Source: Minisyncoccota bacterium (GTDB lineage Bacteria; Patescibacteriota; Minisyncoccia; Phycocordibacterales; UBA5272). Taken from it: DNA of 64,000 bases. Position 1 is the first letter of the stretch. Each line of letters opens with the position of its first letter. Shown piece by piece: positions 18,700 through 29,232 of this stretch. A program made the translations under genes and the position numbers. The notes below the pieces were generated by a model. The model saw only the letters and a list, made by a program, of their open reading frames with translations. It was not told where the DNA came from and made no database searches. The DNA lies in contig JBAZJW010000001.1 in NCBI GenBank assembly GCA_041651055.1, positions 536,506 to 600,505 of the forward strand. Reading direction: 5' to 3'.

Positions 18700-20037
18700 C
18701 TAAACCAACATTGCTCGGATGTCTTCAATCTCACGACTTAGTTGTGGATTATCTTTTAGTATTCCTTTTATTTTTTCGTATGAGTGAATTACCGTTGTAT
18801 GATCACGACCACCTAATCTGTCCCCTATCATTGGATAAGAAATATCAAAATCTTCTCGTAAAATATACATAACTATTTGTCGTGGCTTAACAACATCTTT
18901 GCGACGAGTTTTGTTGTAGATATAAACGTCAGGAATATGATAGTAATCCGCAATCATTTTTACGATTTCAGGAATAGAAATACTTTTCTTTGCGCGCACA
19001 CTATTCTTGAGAAGGTTTTTTACATCAAGCAACGTGATTGCTTGATTCTTTATTTGTATATGACCAAGAATAGAAGTCATAACTCCTTCTAGCTCACGGA
19101 TATTCCCAGAAACTGTCTCAGCAATGAATTCAAGAACTTCAAAAGGAATCTTTTCTCTATAATCTTTTGTTTTTGATTGCAAAATAGCGAGACGTGATTC
19201 CACAGAAGGAATGTTCACATCAACTATCATTCCTTGATTGAAACGTGAACGTAGACGGTCTTCTAGTCCAATGATGAGATTTGGATGTTTATCAGAAGAA
19301 AAGATAATTTGCTTATTCATTTCATAAAGAGAGTTGAAAAGATGAAAGAGTTCATCTTGTGTTCTTTCTTTTCCGTTAATGAATTGTATATCGTCCATAA
19401 TAAAGACATCATACTTTCTATATTTTTCTTTAAAGCTATTTATTTTATTTAGATTCGTCGCATTCACATAGTCCATATAGAACTTTTCAAGCGATGTATA
19501 AAAAACCTTTCGGTCTGGATACTTTTTCTTTACAGTATTTCCGATGGCCTGCATCATGTGTGTTTTTCCTAATCCTGTATTTCCGTATACAAAGAGTGGA
19601 TTATAGACAATACCGAGATTATTGATTACTGCTTGAGAACACGCATACGCAACTTCATTAAATGATCCAACAATAAAAGTGTCGAAGGTGTACCGTGGGT
19701 TAAGTCCATCATCTTTGTTGATATATAAATCTTGAAGAGGAAGAGGTTGTCCTGTTATAGCAATATTCTGAGCTTTCTTTTGTAATGTTTCTGGTTTTAC
19801 AACAGCGAACACAACAGAGCGTACCCCTTCATGAATTGTACGAAGAATACGAAGAATAAATTTGTGATACTTTTGATTGAGCCAATCTTTTACGAACTCG
19901 TTAGGAACACCAATAGTCACCTCCCCCTCTTTGTAATCAATGATGCGTGTATTTTTAAACCACGTATTGAAGTTAACCCGAGATAGCTCTATCTCGATTT
20001 GAGACAAGGCACTATTCCAAAGTTGTTGGTAATCCAT
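18700..20037 (-). CDS. dnaA: Chromosomal replication initiator DnaA
   Basis: NPLFVYGNTGLGKTH, DDIQF, RLRSRF, NIRELEG, GGRDHTTVIH; start taken as MDYQQLW. Confidence 0.98.
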   Translation of the reverse strand: MDYQQLWNSALSQIEIELSRVNFNTWFKNTRIIDYKEGEVTIGVPNEFVKDWLNQKYHKFILRILRTIHEGVRSVVFAVVKPETLQKKAQNIAITGQPLPLQDLYINKDDGLNPRYTFDTFIVGSFNEVAYACSQAVINNLGIVYNPLFVYGNTGLGKTHMMQAIGNTVKKKYPDRKVFYTSLEKFYMDYVNATNLNKINSFKEKYRKYDVFIMDDIQFINGKERTQDELFHLFNSLYEMNKQIIFSSDKHPNLIIGLEDRLRSRFNQGMIVDVNIPSVESRLAILQSKTKDYREKIPFEVLEFIAETVSGNIRELEGVMTSILGHIQIKNQAITLLDVKNLLKNSVRAKKSISIPEIVKMIADYYHIPDVYIYNKTRRKDVVKPRQIVMYILREDFDISYPMIGDRLGGRDHTTVIHSYEKIKGILKDNPQLSREIEDIRAMLV

Positions 20038-20269
20038 AATTGTCTGTAGTATACACTCGTCACACACGAGAGCAACTTGACGGAAAGGTAAACAGTAAGC
20101 ATTTAGAAACATATAACATGTTTATTTAAATTTTTAATTTTAAATTTTTAATTTTTAAAAAAATACTAAAAAAGAGAAGAATTCTCTCTTTATTTTTTTG
20201 AAATTTGTTTAATGAAAACTAAAATCGAGCCTATTGATTTTCTTCGTTTTTTGATGTAGAATAGCCTCC

Positions 20270-20404
20270 ATGTCTATAACATATAATCCAAAGCGAAAGA
20301 AGCGTGGAACAACGCACGGATTCCTCGTCCGTATGGCTACAAAAGATGGACGCAGAGTGATTGCACGTCGCCGATCAATCGGACGTAAGAAGCTTTCTGT
20401 TTAA
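20270..20404 (+). CDS. rpmH: 50S ribosomal protein L34 (not in ORF track)
   Basis: [44 protein letters not shown]; promoter TTGATT-N17-TAGAAT ends 7 nt before ATG. Confidence 0.97.
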   Translation: MSITYNPKRKKRGTTHGFLVRMATKDGRRVIARRRSIGRKKLSV

Positions 20405-20415
20405 TCTGTATCTAT

Positions 20416-20727
20416 ATGCTTCCGAAATCGGAACGCCTCACAAAACAAGACTTTACAACCTTTAGACCAAAAGGTATGTTTCGTGGCACCTATGTTGATA
20501 TTGCCTCTACCCCTTCCCCCTCCTCTAAATTTTCTTGTGTCATTGCAAAAAAAAGAATTAAACGTGCCGTTGATCGAAATCGTGTAAGTCGAAAAGTCTA
20601 TGCGATTCTTGAAGAAGTAAAACCCTCAACCCCTCGTCTCATTGTTGTTTATCCAAAGGTTTCCGTTCTTACGGGAAATAAAAATCTCATACAAGAGGAA
20701 ATACGTGCCGCATTTGCTACACTATAA
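20416..20727 (+). CDS. rnpA: Ribonuclease P protein component
   Basis: MLPKSERL, KKRIKRAVDRNRVSR; synteny with rpmH and yidC. Confidence 0.9.
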   Translation: MLPKSERLTKQDFTTFRPKGMFRGTYVDIASTPSPSSKFSCVIAKKRIKRAVDRNRVSRKVYAILEEVKPSTPRLIVVYPKVSVLTGNKNLIQEEIRAAFATL

Positions 20728-20732
20728 CAACT

Positions 20733-21449
20733 ATGTTCCACACATTCTTTTACGAACCGGTTTACAACCTTCTTGTTGCTGTTCTCACCTATACGCCACT
20801 TCATGATATTGGTGCGGCTATTGTTATTGTGACTCTTCTTGTGAAAGGACTTCTTCTTCCTCTTAATCTTTCCGCACTTCGTAGTCAATATGTAATGAAG
20901 CGTCTTGAACCAGAAATGAATAAGATTAAAGAGCTTCAAAAGATAAACCCACACGATGCTTCAAAACAAATGGTGGAACTTTACAAACGTGAAAAGATAA
21001 ATCCTTTCGCGAGTCTCTTCGTTGTGGTTATTCAAATTCCAGTATTCTTTGCCCTTTACTTCGTGTTTTCAAAAGGGCTTCACAATGACCCTTCTTCCCT
21101 TTATTCCTTTTTTACCTTCCCTGAAACTCTACACACGAATGCCTTTGGTTTATTTGATGTAACAAAAAAGAATATTGTTGTAGCGATATTAGCAGGTATA
21201 TCATCATATTTTCTTGCCCGAAGACAAACTGCAACAATGGTTTCAAAAAAAGAAGCACATGAAGAAAATTTTCAAGATCAGTTTATGAAGTCAATGAAGA
21301 TTCAACTTCTCTATGTTCTTCCTGTTATTATTGCGGTGTCTGCAGCAGTGCTCCCTTCTGCCCTTGCCCTCTATTGGTTCATTAGTAACTTGGTTGGCTA
21401 CGCGCAAGACGTCTATATGAAAAATAAGCTTGCACACTTGCAATCGTAA
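20733..21449 (+). CDS. yidC: Membrane protein insertase YidC (short form)
   Basis: LYKREKINPF, IQIPVF, LALYW; synteny. Confidence 0.93.
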   Translation: MFHTFFYEPVYNLLVAVLTYTPLHDIGAAIVIVTLLVKGLLLPLNLSALRSQYVMKRLEPEMNKIKELQKINPHDASKQMVELYKREKINPFASLFVVVIQIPVFFALYFVFSKGLHNDPSSLYSFFTFPETLHTNAFGLFDVTKKNIVVAILAGISSYFLARRQTATMVSKKEAHEENFQDQFMKSMKIQLLYVLPVIIAVSAAVLPSALALYWFISNLVGYAQDVYMKNKLAHLQS

Positions 21450-21532
21450 AGTTTTTTCTTACTTGGGAGAAGTAAAACCTCCTTTTAGATTCCAAATTTC
21501 TTTCTCCTAATTTAAAATCTCTTTTTCTTTTT

Positions 21533-21630
21533 CAAGTAACCCCTAAAACCAAACGATGTATCCGCCTGCTGGCGGATCATCTCACTCTCGCCTCGTCAAG
21601 CTCCGAGAGTTGGTTTGTAGGGGTTACTTG
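21533..21630. repeat. MITE-like hairpin with internal ATCCGCCTGCTGGCGGAT palindrome
   Basis: Termini CAAGTAACCCCTAAAACCAA / TTGGTTTGTAGGGGTTACTTG. Confidence 0.7.
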
Positions 21631-21659
21631 AGGGTGGTGAATACGGATGCGTATCAAAC

Positions 21660-21775
21660 TACTCCTCACCTAACCTTTTATATCAACTCACGGACCGCGA
21701 CGGCGGGAGTGGGAGGCAACTTTTCAGCAGAAAAGTATGTCGTTTGATATAAAGGGTTGAGGTGAAAAAAGAGAA
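21660..21775 (+). repeat. About 116-bp element, left copy (inverted relative to 36108-36256)
   Basis: Own terminal inverted repeats CACCTAACCTTTTATATCAA / TTGATATAAAGGGTTGAGGTG. Confidence 0.9.
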
Positions 21776-21840
21776 AATTTGAATCTAAAAAAGAAACTTT
21801 GAATTTAGAAAAAAGAAAGAAGTTTGAGTCTATCAACTAT

Positions 21841-22827
21841 TTATAGTCCATTTAAAGAAGGATCGGAAAGACACGCATTTGCTTCGCAGGCATAATTTTT
21901 TACGAAGGTCATGTTTGTGGCGGAAGGTCCTGGATTAATTGGGCAGGCCCATTTTGGAATCGCACTTGTAAAGCCTGTAGAAGTATTACAATCAGCACTG
22001 GGATCATTTGAATTCATTCCAACTGTTCCGCAGCAGTTGTATGCCGCGAACACGCTTGCAGGAGCAGGAACATTGCCATAGGTTTGTGCTCCCATTTTCC
22101 CAGCCAATAGCTGTGCTCCTCGTGAGATGTTGGTTGCTGGGTCAAGAATAGAACCACTGCATGCACCAGGTTGGTTTATTTGCATGAGACCGCAGTCATG
22201 TGACTGGTTGTCATTCACATGATCAGCATTAACATCTAAAGAGCGATTCTCTTTACATAAAAGAACAATAAGCATCTTTACGTCGACCCCATTATTTGCG
22301 GCTGCTGTTTTTAGGAGGGGTAAATATCGAGTGTAATTACAACCACTAAGAGCACTGCATGTTGCTGCGCCACAAACATTTCCAGAACTAAGAGATGAAA
22401 GAGTGCTTTGGACAGTTGCTGCCGGCACCGCACCCGTCGCAGCCACCCCTCCCGTTCCCGCGGCCCCACCTGTTACCATCGCTCCCCCCTTCACTCCCTC
22501 CGTCTTTAATACCGCAAGCCCAACATCTCCATTAAGTAAATCCTTATTAAACGTATAGATAACAATAAACATAGAAAACACACCAAGTAATCCAACCGTT
22601 ACCCTTTTAAACTCTTCATTCGACATCTTTACATACTTCTCAGACGCAGCCATTCTCCATATACCTGCTAATGCATATCTATAAAAAGCAGCAGCTACAA
22701 TTGCCACAAACAACAACGTATACAAAAACTTAGACGTTGCAAGAAAAGACCCTGTAATCTGTGTAGTGGGAGACACAGCTGCTCCGGTGATTTGGGAGAC
22801 GATGGAGGGTTCGAGGTTTTGGTACAT
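21841..22827 (-). CDS. Pilin-like (VirB2/TrbC-type, two TM) module fused to lytic transglycosylase (SLT)
   Basis: Two hydrophobic helices; LLCKEN (putative catalytic Glu), GLMQIN, DPATNI, AAYN. Confidence 0.8.
   Translation of the reverse strand: MYQNLEPSIVSQITGAAVSPTTQITGSFLATSKFLYTLLFVAIVAAAFYRYALAGIWRMAASEKYVKMSNEEFKRVTVGLLGVFSMFIVIYTFNKDLLNGDVGLAVLKTEGVKGGAMVTGGAAGTGGVAATGAVPAATVQSTLSSLSSGNVCGAATCSALSGCNYTRYLPLLKTAAANNGVDVKMLIVLLCKENRSLDVNADHVNDNQSHDCGLMQINQPGACSGSILDPATNISRGAQLLAGKMGAQTYGNVPAPASVFAAYNCCGTVGMNSNDPSADCNTSTGFTSAIPKWACPINPGPSATNMTFVKNYACEANACLSDPSLNGL
22496..22818. repeat. 323-bp perfect direct repeat (second copy 24685-25007)
   Basis: Compared line by line with no mismatch seen; offset 2189 bp. 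Confidence 0.95.
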
Positions 22828-22829
22828 AG

Positions 22830-24146
22830 TTATTCAACGCTAATGAGATTCGTTCGAAGTAACCACAGAGAACCGTTTTGTTTTTGAATAAATCCCATAG
22901 AAACATTGTCTGGAGAAAGAACAGGGTTAGTTATATCCATTTCCCCATCTGATTCATTGAATGAATATAAAGGGTATGTGGCTCCTGATGTCGTATCAAC
23001 AATTTTTAATGTATCGGTGAAGTGCGTTCTTCCTTGGAACCAATCATCAGGCAGGCCCTCTTCGGCAATCGGTATCATAACGGGAACGGCACATAGAAGA
23101 AAATCTCTAACACCCCAGACACATTTCGAAGCAAGTGTTGGAGAAGAAAGGACTATTTCTTTTTGTGATTGAGAAATAAAAGCAACAAGACCTCTGTCTG
23201 TCCACACACTACTTAAAAAAGTTCCTTTCTCTCCAGGATTACTCATGAGTCCAGTCTTATCACCAGTGCGATACTCAAAAGAAGGAAGAGAAACAGTCAT
23301 TCCTAAAACATAAGCTGAAGGATTGCTTGTAGCATAGAGCGTGTCTCCACCATATGAAAGAGACCATTCTTTGAAAGGAGATGTTGAGACCAAGCCTCCT
23401 CCTTTTGCTGTAATGGTATAGATGGCACTTCCGTTTGTCGATGGGACAAGATAAGAAAGAAGTGTTCCTTTTTTATTGGTGGCAATTGAGGTTATTCCAA
23501 GAGGAAGTGATGTCATTTTTGTAAGTGACTGAGGGCTTCCGTTTGGAAGAGAGTTCGGAATTATTGCTAGTACTGTTGTTATGACTTGCTTGTCTTGGTC
23601 GAAAGAACGTATGGCAACGCGTGTCCCATTTTCAAAAATGTATGCATCATGAACTCCCAAGACTGTGGTGTTGGTTACCTGTCTAGTTACTCCTTCTTTT
23701 AGATCTTGCTCATAAATATATCCTGTCGCCCTATCGACAAACATGAATATGGTTGAAGTTGCTCTAATCGTCTTCTTTACCATAAGAGGTGTAGTTGTTC
23801 CTTTTGTTGTCGTTGTAGAAAACACATCAAGAAGTATTTGTCGTGTCACAAAAGTCTGTCCTGTTGCTGGTTTGTCCCACACTTTAGTTAAAGCTTGGAG
23901 AGTGGTCGGTACAGACGTTGTCCCTGTTGTTTGGTTTGATCCCGTAGATGCATTGTTAGTATCAGGACCCCCTCCTCCAAAAATAAATTGAAAACCCTTC
24001 GTTAAAGGAGAGGTCGGAAGTGAATTTGTTGGTTTCGCAAGCGAGGGTGTTATGGCCGGTGTTACATAAACGAAATACCACACAAGAATGACAATAGAAA
24101 AAAGAAGAACGAGTCCGACGATAAAAAGTAAACGACGATTATTCAT
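22830..24146 (-). CDS. N-terminally anchored, beta-rich (propeller-like) protein in T4SS-like locus
   Basis: TM at N-terminus; beta-strand-rich body; LPDDWFQG motif. Confidence 0.65.
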   Translation of the reverse strand: MNNRRLLFIVGLVLLFSIVILVWYFVYVTPAITPSLAKPTNSLPTSPLTKGFQFIFGGGGPDTNNASTGSNQTTGTTSVPTTLQALTKVWDKPATGQTFVTRQILLDVFSTTTTKGTTTPLMVKKTIRATSTIFMFVDRATGYIYEQDLKEGVTRQVTNTTVLGVHDAYIFENGTRVAIRSFDQDKQVITTVLAIIPNSLPNGSPQSLTKMTSLPLGITSIATNKKGTLLSYLVPSTNGSAIYTITAKGGGLVSTSPFKEWSLSYGGDTLYATSNPSAYVLGMTVSLPSFEYRTGDKTGLMSNPGEKGTFLSSVWTDRGLVAFISQSQKEIVLSSPTLASKCVWGVRDFLLCAVPVMIPIAEEGLPDDWFQGRTHFTDTLKIVDTTSGATYPLYSFNESDGEMDITNPVLSPDNVSMGFIQKQNGSLWLLRTNLISVE

Positions 24147-24200
24147 ACAGAAAGTATAGCATCCTCTTCTGCAAGAGGATGGGTTAAAAAAGTTTTATTA

Positions 24201-25031
24201 CTAGTGTCCACTAAATGAAACATGAAAGTGTTCCGTTGTTGTTAAGGAATCACACCCTGGAGATTCGTCCCAGAATTTAAATCCTCCCCAGGCATACCGT
24301 ATATCACACCCTGTCATCGATCCTGCTGCTGTACCATTTGTTTTAATAAAATTTAAAAGACCAGAAGACAGACTCAAATCCACAGCTTCTTTCCCTACTC
24401 CGTGATTAGAGTTAGCGCTGTGAGGTTCTGTTCCTCCTGTTATGAGAAGGCTGCAGGTTGGACAGGCTGTCCTTAGCTTTTGAAGCATAGTAATGGTTGC
24501 TGGGTTAAGGCCAGCCACATTTGTACACCCTGTGGTTTGTGCTCCAGAACAAGGGTCGTGGTTGATGGATATCCCCGCTAATTGTGCACGAACATCGGCT
24601 TCTGAAGTGCTCGCCCCTGCCGGTACCGCACCCGTTGCCCCAGTCGCCCCTCCTCCACCAAAAACTACAGCCCCTCCACTCACCCCCTCCGTCTTTAATA
24701 CCGCAAGCCCAACATCTCCATTAAGTAAATCCTTATTAAACGTATAGATAACAATAAACATAGAAAACACACCAAGTAATCCAACCGTTACCCTTTTAAA
24801 CTCTTCATTCGACATCTTTACATACTTCTCAGACGCAGCCATTCTCCATATACCTGCTAATGCATATCTATAAAAAGCAGCAGCTACAATTGCCACAAAC
24901 AACAACGTATACAAAAACTTAGACGTTGCAAGAAAAGACCCTGTAATCTGTGTAGTGGGAGACACAGCTGCTCCGGTGATTTGGGAGACGATGGAGGGTT
25001 CGAGGTTGGAATATGATACAGAGGATGCCAT
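24201..25031 (-). CDS. Pilin-like module fused to M15-like Zn peptidase
   Basis: N-terminus identical to 21841-22827; SNHGVGKEAVDL and EHFH resemble the SxHxxGxAxD...HxH ligand set. Confidence 0.75.
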   Translation of the reverse strand: MASSVSYSNLEPSIVSQITGAAVSPTTQITGSFLATSKFLYTLLFVAIVAAAFYRYALAGIWRMAASEKYVKMSNEEFKRVTVGLLGVFSMFIVIYTFNKDLLNGDVGLAVLKTEGVSGGAVVFGGGGATGATGAVPAGASTSEADVRAQLAGISINHDPCSGAQTTGCTNVAGLNPATITMLQKLRTACPTCSLLITGGTEPHSANSNHGVGKEAVDLSLSSGLLNFIKTNGTAAGSMTGCDIRYAWGGFKFWDESPGCDSLTTTEHFHVSFSGH

Positions 25032-25037
25032 GGATGA

Positions 25038-26012
25038 CTATTGTTTACGAGTATCAAACACAAGATCAATATCAACCTGTGCTTTTTGTAATCTCCTTAC
25101 ACTGTTGTCGACACTGATAGAAAGAGGTCGAGATCCGTAGCTATCTTTCTTTGGTGAAAGTGAAAGAAGTGTCCCTCCTATTGGGGTGATAGGCATACCG
25201 TCTAGTGACCAGTCATATGAAACAGTAGATCCGAGAGATCCTCGAGATGAAAGGAAGAAAGGAACAAGACTTAATGTAAAATCTTTTGTTGTTTCAAATC
25301 GTCGAGTGATAAGGTTTGTAAAATCTGTCCCCAAAACAGCATCATACGTATAAAGAAGAGGCATTACTTTGTGTGGATATATCTCTATGGTGTTTTCTGC
25401 TTTTGTACCATAGGGTGCCGTTGCTATAACTTTTACGGTTGTTGAATCTCTTACATACTCAAGAGGAATGGGTACGGATTGTTTTCCTGCTCCGGAAAGA
25501 GATTCGAGCAGTTCGTCGTTTGCATACCATGTATATGAAATAAGATCTGCCGGAACTTTCTTTCCATTCTCACTCATTGCGGGAATAGCGGAAACACGCG
25601 CTGTTGACCCTTCGCTTCCAAGAGACCTCCCCTCATAAAAAGGAGGAACATATCCTTCGGAGGATTCGTAGAGAAGAGAGACAGATTCAGGAACAAGGCT
25701 TACAGAGGCTTCGAGCGTTGTGCCATTTGCGGTGACTGCTTTCGCACGAAGAGGTAACACTTCACCAGAAGCACCTGTTCGCACGGTTATTTCTTTTTTA
25801 CCAAAACCTGAAAGAATTTGTTTTGTTCCAGAATACCAGGTGATCATCGCAGTAGAAACGTTAAATGAATAACTTGAAAGGGTGAGTGTTACAGAAGAAT
25901 ACGGTGCTGGGCTCGTAGGATTTATATCGATGGTGCCATCTACACTTGACGCAGACGCCACAAAAGGCGTTGTTAAAAAAAGAACAGTTAAAAAGATGTG
26001 GGTTATTTTCAT
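25038..26012 (-). CDS. Secreted Ig/PKD-like beta-sandwich protein
   Basis: Signal peptide; repeated ITW/YTW/YDW strands. Confidence 0.6.
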   Translation of the reverse strand: MKITHIFLTVLFLTTPFVASASSVDGTIDINPTSPAPYSSVTLTLSSYSFNVSTAMITWYSGTKQILSGFGKKEITVRTGASGEVLPLRAKAVTANGTTLEASVSLVPESVSLLYESSEGYVPPFYEGRSLGSEGSTARVSAIPAMSENGKKVPADLISYTWYANDELLESLSGAGKQSVPIPLEYVRDSTTVKVIATAPYGTKAENTIEIYPHKVMPLLYTYDAVLGTDFTNLITRRFETTKDFTLSLVPFFLSSRGSLGSTVSYDWSLDGMPITPIGGTLLSLSPKKDSYGSRPLSISVDNSVRRLQKAQVDIDLVFDTRKQ

Positions 26013-27826
26013 AGACCTCTTGATTGTGCTACTTCATCTTTCATGGCTTTTATTTGAAGAAGTTGAGACGGATCACTTGTGATAATTTGATCTTCTGTAT
26101 ACGATGCTACAATTTTGATTGCTACATGTTTGAGTCCTGCAAAGAATATTCCCTCCCCTACACCAGATTCGAGAAGTAGGAACTTTTCTTCATCAGTTAA
26201 ATTGAAGGTCTTTTGTACAAGGTCGATAGATGAAGGAGATTGTTTGAGGAGAAGTTGAATGGAAGAGTTTGTGATAATAGGAAGACCATAGGGTGACTTC
26301 AAAAAGTCTCCAACATCTTGGGTTATTGTCGCAAGTCCTAGGTAATATTTTCGTCCACGCTTTGCAAGACCGAAAAGGAAAGATGCAGTGTCATCATTTT
26401 TCATCATAATCCACGCTTCATCCACCACGAGAAGTCGTTTTTTGATGACTTTACGAACGGAATTCCAAATATAATGCGTGATAATGTACATTGCTACCGG
26501 CTTCAGTTCTTCCTCCATGTCTCGAATAGAAAAACATACAAGTTTTTTATTGATGTCTACGTTTGAGGGTTGGTTGATAAAGCCAGACCATGTCCCTTTC
26601 GTGTATTTTGAAAGACGCTGAATTAAGTCTGTTGAACCATCGATTCCACCGAGAACTGTTTCGAAGTCTGAAAGAAGAGGTGGCTCAAGTTTTGTGAAAT
26701 CAACATCACCACTAATATCCTTGAGGGCATAGGTCTCTGTAATTGCCTGGTCAATGATTGCGTCTTCGGCTGGTGTGAGACCTCCTAGCATCACACGGAA
26801 CAATCCCACGAGGTTAACGATGTTTGAACGAAGAACTTCAGACGGAGACTCGTCTTCTGTTGGATGAGGAAGATCAAAAGGATTGATATGGTGCTCACTT
26901 GTAAGTGAAATGTCGAAATATCTACCTCCAACAGACTCTGCGAGATATTCGTATTCACGTTCTGGGTCGATAATAATAACTTCCGTGTCGAACATCAATG
27001 TGCGGAGAATTTCCAATTTTGTAAGATAACTTTTTCCAGATCCAGACTTGGCGAATACGATGGAGTTATAGTTTTCAAGAGAAAAACGATCAAACAAAAT
27101 AAGCGAACCGTTGTGACGGTTAAGTCCGTAGAGTATCCCCCTATCAGAAGAAAGGTCAAAAGATACGAAAGGAAAGAATGATGAAAGAGGAGATGTGTTT
27201 AATTTATTTTTGATGCCGAGCAAGTCTTGTCCAAGAGGAAGCGTTGAAAGAAAACCTGTGTCTTGCTGAAAGAGCGCTGGCTTCACATAAATAAGACGAC
27301 TTTCGAGAATATTTTTGATTTCACTTTCTACCTTGTCCACCTCATCTTCACTGCCACCGTAAATAGAAATATACAAAGAGACTTCAAACATTTTTTCCTG
27401 AGCCTGTGTTAATCCGTCACGCAAATCTTCGAGGTCCTTGTAGGCAACATCAAGCGAAGGGTCTCGTACAAGTCCCTTTTCTTCACGTGTCATGATTTGA
27501 CTCTCTACTTCAGCTACCTTGCGTTGAAATTTTTTCATTACATCACCGGTATCAAGCGGTGTCACGTGAATGGCAACGTCGAATACTTTGTCTAAGTTGA
27601 TGATGGGACTCAACCAATTCTCAGAAAGATATCTCGGATATGAAATGACAAAGTAAGAACGTACGATACTTGTGCCTAAGTTGAGTGATTTCGGTTGTAC
27701 ACCAAGAGCACTTGGTGCGATGATGTCTTTCAATTGCATTTCGGCAACTTTGTACACCTGCTCTGGAAGAAGTGGGGATACCGGAGAGTCTTGTTTTTTT
27801 GAATTGAGAAAATCGAAAAGTCCCAT
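26009..27826 (-). CDS. VirB4-like T4SS ATPase
   Basis: AKSGSGKS Walker A, IIDPEREY, INPFD, LVVDEAW Walker B, KRGRKY, ITQ. Confidence 0.9.
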   Translation of the reverse strand: MGLFDFLNSKKQDSPVSPLLPEQVYKVAEMQLKDIIAPSALGVQPKSLNLGTSIVRSYFVISYPRYLSENWLSPIINLDKVFDVAIHVTPLDTGDVMKKFQRKVAEVESQIMTREEKGLVRDPSLDVAYKDLEDLRDGLTQAQEKMFEVSLYISIYGGSEDEVDKVESEIKNILESRLIYVKPALFQQDTGFLSTLPLGQDLLGIKNKLNTSPLSSFFPFVSFDLSSDRGILYGLNRHNGSLILFDRFSLENYNSIVFAKSGSGKSYLTKLEILRTLMFDTEVIIIDPEREYEYLAESVGGRYFDISLTSEHHINPFDLPHPTEDESPSEVLRSNIVNLVGLFRVMLGGLTPAEDAIIDQAITETYALKDISGDVDFTKLEPPLLSDFETVLGGIDGSTDLIQRLSKYTKGTWSGFINQPSNVDINKKLVCFSIRDMEEELKPVAMYIITHYIWNSVRKVIKKRLLVVDEAWIMMKNDDTASFLFGLAKRGRKYYLGLATITQDVGDFLKSPYGLPIITNSSIQLLLKQSPSSIDLVQKTFNLTDEEKFLLLESGVGEGIFFAGLKHVAIKIVASYTEDQIITSDPSQLLQIKAMKDEVAQSRGL

Positions 27827-27830
27827 AGAA

Positions 27831-28469
27831 TTATTCTTGTGTTATTTTAGGTGCCGAACGATCTTGCTCGCTTGGGTTGAAGAGTTTATAGAAAAGCTCT
27901 ACAACCTCTTCTGTGCCAAGCTTTTGTGCACGAATACCGAAACGGGAAAGCCCTTGCACTACGGTCGCAATGCGTTGCTCGAGTTGTATACGAGCTGCGG
28001 TGAAGGATGCTTGATTTTCGGCGGAAGTATTATTTCCAAGGCCAAACGAAAGCAGTGACGATGTACCTGAAGGCTTTGCGTTTTCTTGGAAATATGGAAT
28101 GACAATAAAGAAATGCTTGGTCATAATGTTTGTCTCGTCTGCAAATTTTTTAATGAACCCCATGTACTCATGGATTTGTATTTTCAAAAGGTCTTCTTTG
28201 ATTTCGGAACTGCGAGATTGAAGTAGTTCCATGTAGGGTTTGATGTTGAGTCTGCGAGATTGAATGAAAAATTCCACAGGGAAATCAAGTGAATTGAGGA
28301 GGGTTTGGAATTGTAGCAAAATAGCCTGTTGTTCGTCCTCGCTCTTAAGAGCGAGGTTGAGTGAATTGGTGATGAGCACTGCACGAAGTTCCCCTGTTTT
28401 GAGTACGACGACACCATCACGAACTCTTTCGATTGGTACAAATTGTTGTGTTGCTGTTCCGACTGCCAT
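27831..28469 (-). CDS. TraC-like / VirB4-associated protein
   Basis: NLALKSEDEQ...LNSLDFP motif; upstream of virB4-like gene and downstream of prgI-like gene. Confidence 0.7.
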   Translation of the reverse strand: MAVGTATQQFVPIERVRDGVVVLKTGELRAVLITNSLNLALKSEDEQQAILLQFQTLLNSLDFPVEFFIQSRRLNIKPYMELLQSRSSEIKEDLLKIQIHEYMGFIKKFADETNIMTKHFFIVIPYFQENAKPSGTSSLLSFGLGNNTSAENQASFTAARIQLEQRIATVVQGLSRFGIRAQKLGTEEVVELFYKLFNPSEQDRSAPKITQE

Positions 28470-28649
28470 GTGAACCTAGTATATCAGACAAGAGAGAAGA
28501 GACGTGTGAGAAAGTACACAAAAGAGAAGAGGCTACTCTTCTCAATATTCAATGAATTTAATAATCAATATTCAAAAGTGATCCAAATACTAGAATTACA
28601 ATGACCGTCATTGCAAAAAAACACAATCAACCACCACATAGCTCTCCCC

Positions 28650-29078
28650 CTACTCTTTTTCTTCTTGATTGTGATCAAACACATCTAATCCAAGAGCTAC
28701 ATCGTGTAATCTGTCTTTGTTTGCTTTTGAAAAAATAACTTCTTTAGTTGTGTCTGCTACCACCTTATCGATATGATCATCCCCCACCGCAGGTGTCTCA
28801 GGCTGCTTCCATGTGTAAATCTTTGCACCAGTGTAATATGCGAAAGCACTTTCTAGTATTTCTCCAAAAGAGCGATTATTTATTTTAACAAAAGCGAGCG
28901 CAAGGAAAAGTCCCGCCACAGGAACGATAAGAATAATGGCAATAATTTTAATGGAAACGAATGTCCAAATAAGAAATGAGAAACCTCCAGCTCCGAGCAG
29001 ATACCCGAACTGTTTTAACGTAAGAGGGCCGACGACTTTGTCTTCTGTATCGATGAATTGTGGTACGCGGAATTGCAT
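28650..29078 (-). CDS. PrgI family (VirB3-like) membrane protein
   Basis: MQFRVPQFIDTEDKVVGPLTLKQF followed by two TM helices. Confidence 0.85.
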   Translation of the reverse strand: MQFRVPQFIDTEDKVVGPLTLKQFGYLLGAGGFSFLIWTFVSIKIIAIILIVPVAGLFLALAFVKINNRSFGEILESAFAYYTGAKIYTWKQPETPAVGDDHIDKVVADTTKEVIFSKANKDRLHDVALGLDVFDHNQEEKE

Positions 29079-29232
29079 ATATTTTAGTATACCTCACTTT
29101 ATTGTTTCCTCGTAAAGAGCTAAACAAGAGAAGGAATGTCTTGATTTTTTGTAAAATATTCAATAAAACAATAATCAATATTCAGAATTATGCGAAAATG
29201 CTAGTAGATATTAAATATTGTTTTATTGAATA

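Noticed and set aside
22496-25007. 323-bp duplication as a DGR template/variable repeat pair
   Set aside because: No adenine-specific mismatches, no reverse transcriptase in the window, and both copies are N-terminal coding
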